In this document: one piece after another, positions 1-12,489 of the stretch
How positions within the stretch are numbered: position 1 is the stretch's first letter
How the letters are laid out: the number at the start of each line of letters is the position of its first letter
Assembly: GCF_006345805.1 (NCBI RefSeq)
Contig: NC_043012.1
Coordinates: 14,756,001 to 14,820,000, forward strand
DNA: 64,000 nucleotides
Origin: Octopus sinensis
Lineage: Eukaryota
Reading direction: 5' to 3'
Made by a program: the position numbers and the translations under genes
Notes under the pieces: generated by a model
Told to the model about the DNA's origin: nothing
What the model saw: the letters and a program-made list of their open reading frames with translations, nothing else
Databases searched by the model: none

Positions 1-219
1 CTTTAGTATTCAGAGTAATTTGTCAAAAGTAATCCTTATTTATTGACATTTTAAAAAATTAATTTGGTATTATCTCATGACTTCAAGAATTGAAAGATAT
101 AATTGTTTATTTTTAGAATTGACATTGCAGGGTAGCAGTGAGATGCTGGTTCTGGCCAGTTTGAGCATAAAATAGGTAAAATATTTCGGCTGGATAGAGC
201 CGGTTTAAACACTAAAGGG
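1..219 (-). mobile_element. piggyBac-type MITE (family 2), left end at or beyond the window edge
   Basis: Ends ...actaaaggg|ttaa; reverse-complement similarity to the TTAA-flanked CCCTTTAGCA element at 48191-48406. Confidence 0.6.
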
Positions 220-908
220 TTAAGTCGCATCTCTAATTTAATATTAAATCTTGGTATAATTTTTTTTCTCTTCATAGTTTTAGCTTTGCCCCATATACAA
301 GTCACCAAGTTTAATGTTAAATCTTGGTACAAATTTTTTTCCCTTTATAGTTCCAGCTTTACTCCAAGTGTAAGTTATACCCCAGTTTGTATAAAATAGT
401 ATGACTTATAGATGAGTAAATACAGTAAAATGATGAGGCCACACAGCAGTGGACAAAATGAATATTTTATACAATTACATTTCAAACTTAACTTTTCATA
501 ATCATTTTCCACTGAAGTCAATTGGCTCAGTTGAACTTGTCCACTACCTTTTCGCAATCCACCATGCTGCAGTCCCATAACTTTGTTGTATCCCTGGCAG
601 GGTAGCTAAGCAGGTTCCATGCCTTGCCAAAGAGCAGCCTGTAACTATGCTGGGCATTGTTGTCCCTCCATGAAGTGTTTTCAAAATACCCACATACCCT
701 TGTCTGAGTATGTGTGTGTGTGTATGTGTGCTTTGCAACTATGTACCATGTTTGTATGTATGGCTGTGTATGTCCATATGTATTCTTCTCTGAATAATGT
801 ATAGTCTATTGACTTAATTTTTCTTCTCACTAGACCACTGGTAACAAAGATTTTTTCTATAAATATTTTTGCTACCCTAAGATTTTTTAATATATATATA
901 AATATATA

Positions 909-954
<46 letters not shown>

Positions 955-958
955 CATT

Positions 959-989
<31 letters not shown>

Positions 990-1286
990 ATATGTATATA
1001 TATATATATATCAAGAATGTAGTTGTGTAAAGCTGGAACAATGCGAGAAGGTAAAAGGTAAATTACAAAATGAAAAGAAAACAGAATAAAGTTGCTGTTT
1101 TACTTCGTATTTCTGTATTTTGGGGTGAAGACCCCCTTCTTCAGGACATTCAGAAAAGTGGTGGTTGGAAGAAGTTTGTTTGCTTTTCATTTTGTAGTTT
1201 ACTTTGTACCTTCTTGCATTGTCCCAGCTTTACACAACTACATTCTTTAAAGTTATACCCCACAATGCTTCACAAAAACTACCTCA

Positions 1287-1317
<31 letters not shown>

Positions 1318-1322
<5 letters not shown>

Positions 1323-1605
1323 TGCAGCGTGGAAGGTGTTTGTAAGCCATTTAAGAAACACACAAAAGCCATTCAATTCACTTCAACATTTAAGTTTAAT
1401 TTGTCAAAATATTTTTGTCAGTGAACAGGTCGCGGATTTTAGCGACGAAAATATTTTGACAAATTAAACTTAAATGTTGAAGTGAATCGAACAGCTTTTG
1501 TGTGTTTCTTAAATGGCTTACAAACACCTTCCACACTGCAATTGTTTTCGTTCCAGCACACGATTTCAGATCAAATCACTTGCTATGCGAGTACATCTCC
1601 GTAAA
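1318..1605 (+). mobile_element. Fold-back (about 98-bp arms) plus tail element with hammerhead, between (TA)n tracts; PLE-terminus/retrozyme-like
   Basis: 1318-1415 is the inverse of 1448-1545; unique tail to about 1605; (TA)n on both sides. Confidence 0.7.
1414..1463 (+). ncRNA. Type I minimal hammerhead ribozyme, G3:C8 core variant
   Basis: tttgtca-GTGAACA-g-gtcgc(ggatttta)gcgac-GAAA-atat-TT-tgacaaa: 7-bp stem I, 5-bp stem II, palindromic stem III (aatatt). Confidence 0.75.
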
Positions 1606-1630
1606 TATAATATATATATATATATTATAT

Positions 1631-1665
<35 letters not shown>

Positions 1666-1860
1666 GTTAATCCAAACATGAAAACACAAAGAGAAAACAG
1701 AACAACGCGAGGACGTGGAACAAGTATAGTGTTATTGGACGCTCAGGAAAGGAAAGAAAGGAGGACTTAACGTTTCGAGCGGAGCTCTTCGTCAGAAATA
1801 TAGGAAAAGGAAAGGTCCAAGGAAGGGAAGAAGGAGGGGAAAAAATCGCCAATGATACAC
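1666..1860 (-). mobile_element. About 195-bp HHR-bearing element (family B) in (TA)n; HHR at 1765-1799 (-)
   Basis: Reverse complement attt-CTGACGA-a-gagc(tcc)gctc-GAAA-cg-TT-aagt; homologous to 4341-4775 and 40678-40873. Confidence 0.7.
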
Positions 1861-1919
1861 ATATAGTATATATATATACATACATGTATATATATATATA
1901 TAATATATATATATGTATG

Positions 1920-1989
<70 letters not shown>

Positions 1990-2000
1990 ATATATCTATA

Positions 2001-2410
2001 TAAAATATTATTGAGACAAAACCACTATTTTGCAAAACAAACAAAGACTAATCAATACATAAAATTTAATAAATAGTCAAAAAAACCGCCACTACAATCG
2101 TTTCTGTCTTGATCGACAATCTTCAGGTGGACTTCCAATATTCAGTACAAATTATGAAGTAATAATTTGTAACTGAATTATTGGAAGTCCACCTGAAGAT
2201 TGTCGATCAAGACAAGAAACGATTGTAGTGGCGGTTTTTTTGACTATTTATTAAATTTTATGTATGATTAAGTCTTTCCTTGTTTGTTTTGCAAAATAGT
2301 GGTTTTGTCTCAAATAATATTTTATAATATTTTACTATAAAATTGGATTTAATCCTAAATCTGATTTTTTTCCCTGTAAATTTGGATATATTCCCTAATA
2401 TTTATTATAT
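2001..2410 (+). mobile_element. Fold-back plus tail HHR element (family C) in (TA)n; HHRs at 2189-2231 (+) and 2089-2130 (-)
   Basis: About 155-bp inverted arms 2001-2324, tail to about 2410; ccac-CTGAAGA-ttgtc(gatcaa)gacaa-GAAA-cgattg-TA-gtgg; second copy at 21591-22020. Confidence 0.8.
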
Positions 2411-2430
2411 ATCTATATATATATATATGC

Positions 2431-2484
<54 letters not shown>

Positions 2485-2539
2485 ACAGCCTCAGAGTGTT
2501 GCTTGTACCATTTCTCAGAAGTTTTGAATTTATAATGCT

Positions 2540-3238
2540 GACATATTATCCAGTGTAGTTATCAACCAACTCTGTCATGTCTTGATTTATACTTTAACGG
2601 TGCTAAAACCTTACACCCAAAGATTAGGTGCTCCACCGTTTCAATCTCTCATCATTGCAGTATCAGCACTTTGGATTTACTCCATTGTTCATCACATTGG
2701 CTTGGTAGTTCCAGGTTAGTAAGCTCTGATCCTGAGCATCTAAGATAAAGGTTTCCCCTCTATGTCTTTAGCCCTGAGCTCCATATCCACTGATGTGTGT
2801 GCTTCTGGTCTATATCAGCTTGTTTGCTATGGGCCACATCTTTGTCATGCAGAGGTTTTTTATCCCCAGTTATCAGCCAATTGTTCAAACACATTTTGCT
2901 TTGCTGTTGATTTTACCTTCTTTATAACGACAATTGCAGCATTTTCATCATGCTGTTCAACCTGGGTGTTATGCGTGAACTCACTAACAAATTTTTTGTT
3001 CTCCTTCATTACAGAATGAAGCTTCTTTACATCTCTTATGGTTTTTGACAAGTTTTAGCATCCAGTCATTGGATGTTTCAAGATATTTAGCCAATCTGAT
3101 TGTAGTAGTTTTGTAAGAGATTTCAAATTGGATCAAGCCTTGAGCTCTGAGAAGGTAAAGATGATCCGTGTCTGCCTTTGGGTGGTGCATCTTATTGCAA
3201 GTCAGCAGCTTATGGATTTTCCTGCCAATCTTTCTTAT
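2540..3238 (-). mobile_element. Decayed R4/Dong-like (restriction-like endonuclease clade) non-LTR retrotransposon fragment
   Basis: Minus-strand peptides HPKADTDHLYLLR and AQDQSLLT...KC*YC...ETVEHLIFGC...SRHDRVG (CCHC plus RHD motif); stops and frameshifts; abuts (TAA)n at 3240-3282. Confidence 0.75.
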
Positions 3239-3924
3239 TTTGATTATTATTATTATTATAATTATTATTATTATTATTATTACAATATAAGCGGCTTAAT
3301 AATGATTTACTAATTGATTAATTTGTAGGCAACTCAAAGTTCTATATAAAATAACCGTATCATTAAATATTTCCCCTCAGTTCTTTTTTTTTTTTTTTTT
3401 AGTTACACATTAAAACATTGAGAATTTTTCCAGTTTAGATTTAGGTAAATGTTTATAGATAAGCTCTTTATATGATAATGCAGAGAGATTTCTTATTTTT
3501 TCCAAAGTCCACTACATGTCACCTAAAAACCTACCTTACATCGTTACTGAAATGTGCTGTCAAATACTATTAATAAACTAGAGAAACAATCTTTGGGATG
3601 TTATCTATGGTGTTCCATGACCCAAAAGCATTACCCCAAAAGCAATATTCTGAGTGAAGTTTCTCTTGTGTGGGTCTCATAATATTTTGTATGTGTTGAA
3701 GTCCAGCTTTATTATTTTCAAATTTTATGGTCGGCTCTTTGAAACTGCTGGATATTTTCCATTTTAATGTTTTACTTTTGTATGATTAAGGATATCCGGG
3801 TTCTTTTTTTATTATTTGCACTCCTTATCAGTACAAAGTTTGGGATTTGAGAGTTTTGTTGATGTTGTGTGTGTGTTTGTCTGCTTTGCCTCTTTTTGCC
3901 TCTTTTTGTTGAGGTGGGTGCTAC

Positions 3925-4110
3925 AGCAGTGGTGAGGGTGACAGTGATGGTGGTGGTGGTGGTGGTGGTGATGGCAGCAGTGCTGGCAGTGATACTGGTA
4001 CTGGTGGAAATGGGGGCGGCAGCAGTGGGGGGAGGCTGTAGAAGGGATGGCAATGGGGGGGAGCAGTAGCTGTGATGGCAGTGGCAGTGGTGGAGGTGGT
4101 GGTTATGGTT
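3925..4110. repeat. (GGT/GCA)n low-complexity tract
   Basis: Degenerate trinucleotide repeats that produce spurious poly-T/V/G ORFs. Confidence 0.8.
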
Positions 4111-4301
4111 GTGGAGTTTTAGATTTGTCTGTGTTTGGAGTGTGGGTGGGGTTTTGGTACTGCAGTGTGTTTAGAACCGTGTTTCTCACACACACACACA
4201 CACTCTCTGTCACTCTCACTTTCTCTTTCATTCTCCCTCTCTCTCCCTTCTCTCTTCCTCTCCCCTTCTCTCTCCCTCTTGCTCTCTCTCTCTCTCACTC
4301 T

Positions 4302-4340
<39 letters not shown>

Positions 4341-4346
<6 letters not shown>

Positions 4347-4775
4347 TAATCCAAACAAGAAAGCACAAAAAAACACAACAACGCGAGGACGTGGAACAAA
4401 TATGGTATTATTGGACACTCAGGAAAGAAGGAAAGAAGGAGGGTTTAACGTTTCGAGTGGAGCTCTTCGTCGGAAACATAGGAGAAGGAAGGATCCAGAG
4501 AAGGGAAGACAGAGGAAAAAAAATCGCCAACAGTACACATGAGGTCACATTTTATATATATATAAAATGTGACCTCATGTGTACCGTTGGCGATTTTTTT
4601 CCTCCGTCTTCCCTTCTCTGGATCCTTCCTTCTCCTATGTTTCCGACGAAGAGCTCCACTCGAAACGTAAAACCCTCCTTCTTCCCTTCCTTCCTGAGCG
4701 TCCAATAATACCATATTTGTTCCACGTCCTCGCGTTGTTGTGTTTTTTTGTGCTTTCTTGTTTGGATTAACTTTA
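4341..4775. mobile_element. Near-perfect 435-bp palindrome of HHR element family B, centred on and flanked by (TA)n; HHRs at 4443-4477 (-) and 4639-4673 (+)
   Basis: About 210-bp arms with few mismatches; gttt-CCGACGA-a-gag(ctcca)ctc-GAAA-cg-TA-aaac. Confidence 0.8.
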
Positions 4776-5109
4776 TATATATATATATGTATGTATGTAT
4801 GTATGTGTGTATGTATGCATATGTATATATTTCTTTGGTCCTTTTTCCCTCTTACAAGATGAAATTTCCATGTTGGAAAAATCTGATGCAACGGAGGAAT
4901 GGAGGTATGTTTTTGTTCCTGTTTATGTTTGAAAGAGTGGGGAGAGAGAGGAAGAGTGAGAGGGAGTAAGGCTGAAATTTTCCTGAGTGAAACGTTTTGC
5001 TTCTGTTATTCTGGACGTCATTGTGGCTGCTGCAAGTTTTCCGCTGTTGCTGGTCTTCAAAACGTACTAGATCATAGGGAAAATACACTGCTATTAGAAT
5101 TATTGATGT

Positions 5110-5317
5110 CGGCAAACTGGCAGAACCATTAGCATGCCAGGCAAAATGCTTAGTGGTATTTCATCCATCTTTACAATCTGAGTTCAAATTCTACCAAAGT
5201 CAACTTTGCCTTTCATCGTTTCAGGGCCGATAAAATAAGTACCAGTTGAGAGCTGGAGTTGATATAATTGACTTACCCACTTCCTTGAAATTGCTGGCTT
5301 CGTGCCAAAATTTGAAA

Positions 5318-5320
<3 letters not shown>
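5110..5320 (+). mobile_element. tRNA-head SINE (type B)
   Basis: ggcaaactggcagaaccattagc head, gagttcaaat B-box-like motif, central cctttcatc...gataaaataagtaccag domain shared with many copies. Confidence 0.75.
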
Positions 5321-5366
<46 letters not shown>

Positions 5367-5371
5367 CACTA

Positions 5372-5932
5372 TTATTGAGTGAGAGAGCAGTGCATGCCAT
5401 CAAAGTGACACTGGGGTAAAATATACGAAACCCAATATACCCATCATGACTACCCGTCTGATAAGGGTACACCAGGCACATGCATCACAACCATATGTGC
5501 ACAACATGGTGACCTCATATCTAAATAAATAGCGCATGACCGTACAGTTGGGGCCCAGTCAGAATTTTCTTCAGGTCAAGAAGCCTATCCTGATCAAAAG
5601 GTCCCTGAATAAGGGTTGTTTAAGAATGTTGAACGAAACACCCAAATTTCCAAAGGTGAATTATCCAAACCCCAAAGAATTCCTCTCGACACACGGCTAT
5701 GATGCTCCCCCACTTCTTCTGCTCATGATCAGAGATGCACATATCATTAGCCACTAAGGGACATACTCAACTGGTTAAGGTCAAACAACTGACAAGCAAG
5801 TCTGTGGTATTGAGCAAAATATTTGCTGTAGCCCATCTTTTATACCAAGACAAAACAATGTACATGATAACACTTCCAATCAGTTAAGATCAGAAGCCAT
5901 GAGAACCGCTGCCTGGTACTGCATCAAGGCAT
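5372..5932 (-). mobile_element. About 560-bp non-coding retroposon inserted in (TAA)n/(TGA)n
   Basis: Partial copies at about 12700-12965 (opposite orientation, also ending in aataat) and about 50790-50950; 3' end ...ctctctcactc-(AAT)n. Confidence 0.6.
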
Positions 5933-5977
5933 TTATCATCATCATCATCATCATTATCATTGTTATTATTACCATCA

Positions 5978-6612
5978 AGGTGGTGAGCTGGCAGAATTGT
6001 TAGCATGCTGGGTGAAAAGCTTAGCGGTATTTTGTCTGCCGTTACGTTGTGAGTTCAAATTCCACCAAGGTCAACTTTGCCTTTCATCCTTTTGGGGTCA
6101 ATAAATTAAGTACCAGTTATGCACTGGGGTCAATGTAATCGACTTAATACCTATGTCTGTCCTTGTTTGTCCCCTCTATGTTTAACCCCTTGTGGGTAAT
6201 AAAGAAATAGGTATTTCATTTGCCACTACGTTCTGAGTTCAAATTCCTCTGAGGTCAACTTTGCCTTTCATCTTGTTGAGGTTGATTAAATAAGTACCAG
6301 TTACACACTGGGGTTGATGTAATCGACTTACCCCCTCCCACCAAATTTCAGACCTTGTGCCTATAATAAATAGAAAGGGTTATTGTTATTATTACCATAA
6401 ACGTGGTGAGCTGATAGAATTGTTAGCACACAGGGCAGAATGCTTAGCGGTATTTCATCTGTCTTTACATTCTGAGTTCAAATTCCACAAACTTTGTCTT
6501 TCATCCTTTCAGGGTTGATGAAATAAGTACTGATTACACACATGGGTCAATGTAATCAACTAGCCCCATTCCCTAAAAATTTCAGGCCTTGTGCCCTATA
6601 GTAGAAAGGGTT
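5978..6612 (+). mobile_element. Two tandem tRNA-head SINEs (type B; the first is dimeric)
   Basis: ggtggtgagctggcagaattgttagc heads at about 5978 and 6400; repeated gagttcaaattcc...cctttcatcc...aagtaccag cores. Confidence 0.8.
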
Positions 6613-7079
6613 ATTATTATCATTACTATTATGCTACATCATTGAAATGTGTCTTAGGACTCACTTGTTTTACATTCCTGACAATAACACACTTTTAATT
6701 TCCTTCTAGGCTTTGCAGCTAAATCTCATAATATAAAAATAGTTCTTTCATGGGAGGAATTTTATCTTTTTATTCTGTTGGGATACATAAAAGATGTTGC
6801 AGACAGAAAGCATCAGCTGTCTCATTCAACCAAGAACTGGGAAACAAAATTGTGAAAATATAAAGATTAAAATGTTAAACGGTGTCAAGTTTCCTACTTG
6901 CCTTTGAGGAGAAAAGAAAACAAAAAATATTTTATGCTATTTTGATGCCAACAGACTTTAGGATACAAAACATTTGGCAGAGAACAATTATAAAGATAAG
7001 AAATAAAATGGATAACACCTTTAGAAATGGTTATCACAAAAATCTAAGGAATTTTGAGAGAGTTAAGGTACATTATATA

Positions 7080-7592
7080 CCGTAAATCCTTGAGTATAGT
7101 CCGCCCTTGAGTATAATACATAGGGGATTTTTAGGGGGCTGTACCTCTGAAAAACCTAAACCTTGTACATAATATGCACCCCCCTCTCTAACTTGAGTCA
7201 AGGAGGTCTATATAACATCCTTGGTTTGTAAAAATGTATACACTAACGTCCTTTATTATTATTGTATATATTACATAATGCAAACGTGTAGCTTTTTTGT
7301 GCATTTTGTTTGTAGAAAATAAAGAAATAACAGTAAAAACGTTTAATAAATGTTGCTTATTGCAAATTATGGATGATTCTTTTATGACTTCATTGCTTTC
7401 AGGCTTAGCTTAAGGTATTTTCGCACCCGACATCACAAAATGCGTCTGAATAAACATTGCCGGACAGCAAATAGAGACTCGGACATTGCTTAGAAAATAA
7501 TTCTCATTTTTAACCTCATATATAGTACGTACTAGGGAATTTGACCTTTAAATTTTGAGGGGGAAATGCGGATTATACTCGAGGATTTATGG
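7080..7592. mobile_element. Tc1/mariner (pogo/Tigger-like) MITE with TA TSD
   Basis: ta|ccgtaaatccttgagtata ... tatactcgaggatttatgg|ta; second copy at 32680-33568. Confidence 0.8.
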
Positions 7593-8668
7593 TATTGTTT
7601 TGAATAGTTGTTAAAATAGTGTTGTTATGACAACGTAGATGTTTTTTAGTGTATGTGGGGGTGGAGGGAAGAGAGGTAGGTTTTTCCAGATTTTATCATC
7701 CTTGTAAATGCAACAATTAACACAGAAAATGTGTCATTCAGGAGTAGTAGATATATTTTTCGGTTCAGTGGTGGTGGAATGGTGGCATCAGTTGATCTTT
7801 TGATTAAACCAAGGATACCATGTTTCCATTGTTATGGCTGGTCATGGAGTTACCATTGGTTTTGTATCTATAATGTTCTTAGCGATACAAGCAGCCTGTC
7901 AAATCTGTTGGCTGGAGGCACATAACCTCTCTACAACTGGAGGTAGGAATACGGTCTTGGTCAGTCAGGTTCATGAAGAAAAACTTTGAACAAAATTGTA
8001 CTGAGCCACATCACTTCTGAGCACAATGGAGTAATTTTCCTTTGACCAGTTCCAGTTATGTCCAAACAGGATCAGTTTATGCACAATTTCCATTTCCTAG
8101 TCAGCAAGTGAGGAATTCCATTTCTTCAACATGAATTTCTTCTCATGAGGGCACTTTACTTTTGGAATTTAAGAGGGCCCTCAGGTCAAGCAAATTCTTT
8201 AGGATCTTCACCCTTTGACCAAACAAAGCTTTCACCATCTTCTCTCAGGTGTGGTCCAAGTTGTTCCAGGAACTTCCATTTAATTCTGCATTGCATATCC
8301 TCTTCTTTTAAATGTGATACATAACTGGCCAAAAATATAATGTTATGTCTCTCTGAGATCCTAAAAGAAGACTTGTGGCTGTTTAGACATTACTTAAAGG
8401 GACCTTCTGTTGTTCCAGCATAATTCCATGTCCATGTCCTTATGCTAAGGTATACATAATCTCTAACAGCTTTCAGCTATTTCTAGAATATCCCAGCTAT
8501 TGGAATATCATGTCAAGCAAGGATCTAGCTGCTTTGGAAAAGTAGTTACAAAATCACATGTTCATCTGCTGTTCAAACTGGAATTTTAGTGACATACAAA
8601 ATTGAGCACTCAGAGTGTGTACCTGTTAGTTTTAGTCACCCTGACAAAACTCCTCATATATTTTATGA

Positions 8669-8734
<66 letters not shown>

Positions 8735-8918
8735 CATCATCATCATCATCATCATTTAACGTCTGCTTTCCATGCTAGCATGGGTTGGACAATTTGACTG
8801 AGGTCTGGCGAACCAGACTCCAATCTGATCTGGCAGAGTTTCTACAGCTGGATGTCCTTCCTAACGCCAACCACTCCGAGAGTGTAGTGGGTGCTTTTTA
8901 CGTGCCACCAGCATGGGC
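8735..8918 (-). mobile_element. (ATG)n-tailed SINE family C, 3' part
   Basis: (cat)n-ttaacgtctgctttccatgctagcatgggttggac...cttcctaacgccaaccactcc; at least 15 related copies in the window. Confidence 0.8.
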
Positions 8919-10242
8919 ATGAATGTTATTTCACAGTTCCTGGTTTCTGTCTTCAAACTTTTAAGATATTATTTGTCTGTCTGCTTGCTATCCATCTATC
9001 TATCAGTCTGTCTTTCTCAGCCTCTCTCTCTGTCTCTCTCTCTCTCCTTTAACCAATATGCATTCAAGGGAAAAGGTTTCATTAATAATAATTGCTCAGA
9101 TGTATTTCTATGGGAGTTTAATTATATCTCAATGCTGCCACATTTTAGAAACTATAAACTGAAAGAAATTGTTATACTGGTGCTGTTTTATCATCATCAC
9201 TATCTTCTGCCTCCTCTGCCTCTGCATCCTCTCCATCATCATCGTCGTCATCATCATCATCATGTCTTCTCAGAAACTTACTTTTTTTTATTTTCTTCCA
9301 TTGACATGAAACTTCAAAAATTTTAGACAATTAGTGACTTTTATGCGTTTTGTGAGAGTAATAGTGGTATAAAGAGAAAGGAAATGACACAAATTGGAAG
9401 TGAAAACAAGGTCACTGACTCACAGGAAGTTCATTTCTCAAGCACTTCGAGTTAATAATAATAGTCTCTACACAGGAGCAAGAATTCAAACTTTGGGGAA
9501 GTAGAAAATTGTTTAACTCAAACTCAGTACTTGAATACCACTTATTTTATAGACCCTAAGATAAGGCAAAATGGACCTCAGTGAGATATTGTGGGACTGT
9601 GGGGAAGGGTGCCTTGATTGAAGTATAGGGTCAGTGACATCATGAGAGCAGCTGAGAGGCCTTGCCAGAAGGATATGAGTAGGTGAGGTCACAGAGACGT
9701 CCTTTTGGCAAAGCCCCTCAGCCCCTCATGTGATGTTTGAAAGAGATCAATAATATGAGAGGACTTGTGAGGCAAGTGGGCTATTTTGGCCTAGAGCCTC
9801 AGTCCAAAAACAAAAGAGGTCCACACCTGTTGTTTTTTAGCTCATCTGACATCACTGACTCCTGTCCTTCGAGCAAGACCCTTCGGCCACTTGCATGATG
9901 TCACTGACCCTATACATCCAGTAACCTGTCCCCCACTAGCACCTCTTACAGACTTTGAATGTAAAGGAAAGGGACTAAATTCTCAATACCTACTATCTGC
10001 AAATGAAATCTACCAATTCTGCTTATCAACTAATTTTACCATCAACCACACTTCTTGGTATTAATAATAACAACAACAATATGTATATATGGATGGTATG
10101 GCCATGGGATTACAAAGCTCTCTTTGCAGCCATGAGCTTTCGTCTTTAGTCTTTTGTCTTTAGTCTCACTGCACAGCACATTGGACAAGGGTCTTCTACT
10201 GTAGCTCCGATCCCATCAATACAATAACTTATGAGTGCATTT

Positions 10243-10373
10243 CCACTCACAAGGCTTTGGTCGGCCCGAGGCTTTAGTAGAAGACATTTGTCCAAGGTGC
10301 CACGTAGTGGGACTGAACCCGAAACCATGTGGTTTGTAAGCAAGCTACTTACCACACAGCCACTCCTACTCCT
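10243..10373 (-). mobile_element. tRNA-head SINE (type A), 5' part
   Basis: Reverse complement ggagtggctgtgtggtaagtagcttgc...ggttcagtcccactacgtggcacc (A/B-box-like). Confidence 0.75.
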
Positions 10374-10740
10374 ATGTTGTCAATAGAGAACTAATATATA
10401 GATTTTCAATACTACCATTGTTCTTCCAATACAATGTATGTTGACAACTGCACAACCTTCAGTGCACTGTTGTACTCTTCTCAATAAACTACTGAGCTGT
10501 TATCAACAAATGACCGCATTCATCCACCATCTTACTCTCAAATACATCATTGCTGGAATAACTTTGAAGTTTAGTCTGAAAGCACATGGCTTAATGGTTA
10601 GAGCATCGGGCTGACAATCATGATGTAGTGAGTTCGATTCCAGGAGTGGTCTGTGTGTTGTGTTCTTGACTGACAGAGAACCAGAGACTATTAATATTAG
10701 AACTTACTATTAACCCTTTTACTGCAGAAATCAGATATAA

Positions 10741-12263
10741 TAATAATAATAATAATAATAATTGTGTACAGTGCTCAGGTGCACTACAACTCATCTAAAG
10801 TGTATATATAATCAGGTGTAGTTTCGGCGGATTTCGGAAATTAAAGGATGCAGTGTCATGGCAGTCAACAACTGACGCAGGCAGTTTATTCCATGCTTCA
10901 GCAACTCTGAGCGTGAAAAAATGTTTCCGAAAGTCATGGGAGCTGTGTTGTTTTCTGACTTTGTAGGCATGTCCACGTGTGTTAGATACATGGAGATCAA
11001 AAAGGTGTTCAGTGTTGTTGTTGGTGAGGTGGTTGATAACCTTGTGGGTGTTTACCAAGTCCGTCGCCAGACGCCGGAGCTTCAGTGAATCCATGCCCAG
11101 GGAAACAAGGCGCTCAGAATATGGTAGGTGTCTGATGGAGGGTATGCGTTTGGTTGCACGTCTCTGGACAGATTCCAGGAGGTCGATGTTCTGAGCAAGA
11201 TAGGGATTCCAAACTGATGATGCGAATTCCAAGTGTGGTCGTACCATAGCTGTATACAGTTTTAAATAGATGGCTGGAGAGCGGCTAACAAAAGTCTTGC
11301 TGAGTGATGCCAAGACACCCTCGGCCTTCTTGACAATTTTAGAGATATTCTTTGTCCAACGCAAATCACTGCTGACAGTGATGCCTAGGTCACGCTCGCA
11401 AGAGGATTTCTTGATATCAGTGTTGTGGAGGGAGTATGTGGACGCAGGTTTTTTCTCCCAAAATGCATGATGGTACACTTGTCCACAGCCAGTTTCAGTT
11501 GCCAGTCTGTGATCCATTGCTGCATTGTGTCTAGGTCTGATTGCAGGAAAGAGTTGTAGACATCAGGATCAGTCCTCTTGATTTCAAGGTACAGCTTGAT
11601 GTCATCTGCATATTTCAATACTGTGGCATTCTTTAAATTGGCATCTATGTCATTAATGTATGCCACAAACAGGAGGGGACCAAGGACAGATCCCTGTGGT
11701 ACACCCGATGACATCTCATATGGTGTAGAGTGCTGTCCTAGAACTGTGACTACCTCCTTTCGGCTGAGGATGAAGGATTTCAACCAGTTAAAAAGGTCAT
11801 CCCCCACACCCATTGCAGAGAGTTTCACCATAAGCCTTTTGTGTGGCACAGAGTTGAAAGCCTTAGCAAAGTCAAGGTAGACAACATCCACCCATGAGCC
11901 ACTGTCAGTGATCTGAGTAATGTCCTCAAGGAACTCGACAAGCTGGTCACTGCAGCTGGAGTTAGGGACAAATCCATATTGTGAGGGTCGGATGGACTGT
12001 GAGAGCTCCAGAAGTTCCAGAGTGTTTCTCTGACACACGATTCCATCAGATTTGCAATACAGCTAGTGAGACTGACTGGGCGATAGTTGACAGGTGATGT
12101 GCGGTCACCCTTTTTGAACAGAGGAATGACACTGGCAGTTTTCCACTGCTCCGGAGTAGCACCATTGTTGAGACAGTACTGGAAGAAAATAGAAAGCTGG
12201 TGTAAAAGGAAGTGCCTGCCACGTTTGAGAAGCAGGTATGTAACTCCATCGAGACCAGGGGAC
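10741..12263 (-). mobile_element. 5'-truncated CR1-clade LINE, frameshifted RT and C-terminus with (ATT)n tail
   Basis: ORFs give PLFKKGDRTSPVNYRPVSLTS, YLDFAKAFNSVPH, GVPQGSVLGPLLF, YADD, ERDLGI, VRPHLEFASSVWNP, LESVQRRATK, TRGH in three overlapping frames. Confidence 0.92.
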
Positions 12264-12489
12264 AAACAGCACAAACACACACACATACATGCTTGCATAC
12301 ACACAATGCACATATGCACACACACACACACACTTCAGTTTTCTTCAACCAAATTCACCCAAACGGCATTGGTCAAGCTGGAGCTATAGCAGAAGATACT
12401 TACACAAGGTACTGTGGAGTGGGACTGAACCAGAAACACACAGCTGCAAAGTGAGTTTCCTAACCACGCAGGCATGCCTGCCATATATA

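Noticed and set aside
375-738. Overlapping short ORFs in unique sequence
   Set aside because: No recognisable motif or consistent splice pattern
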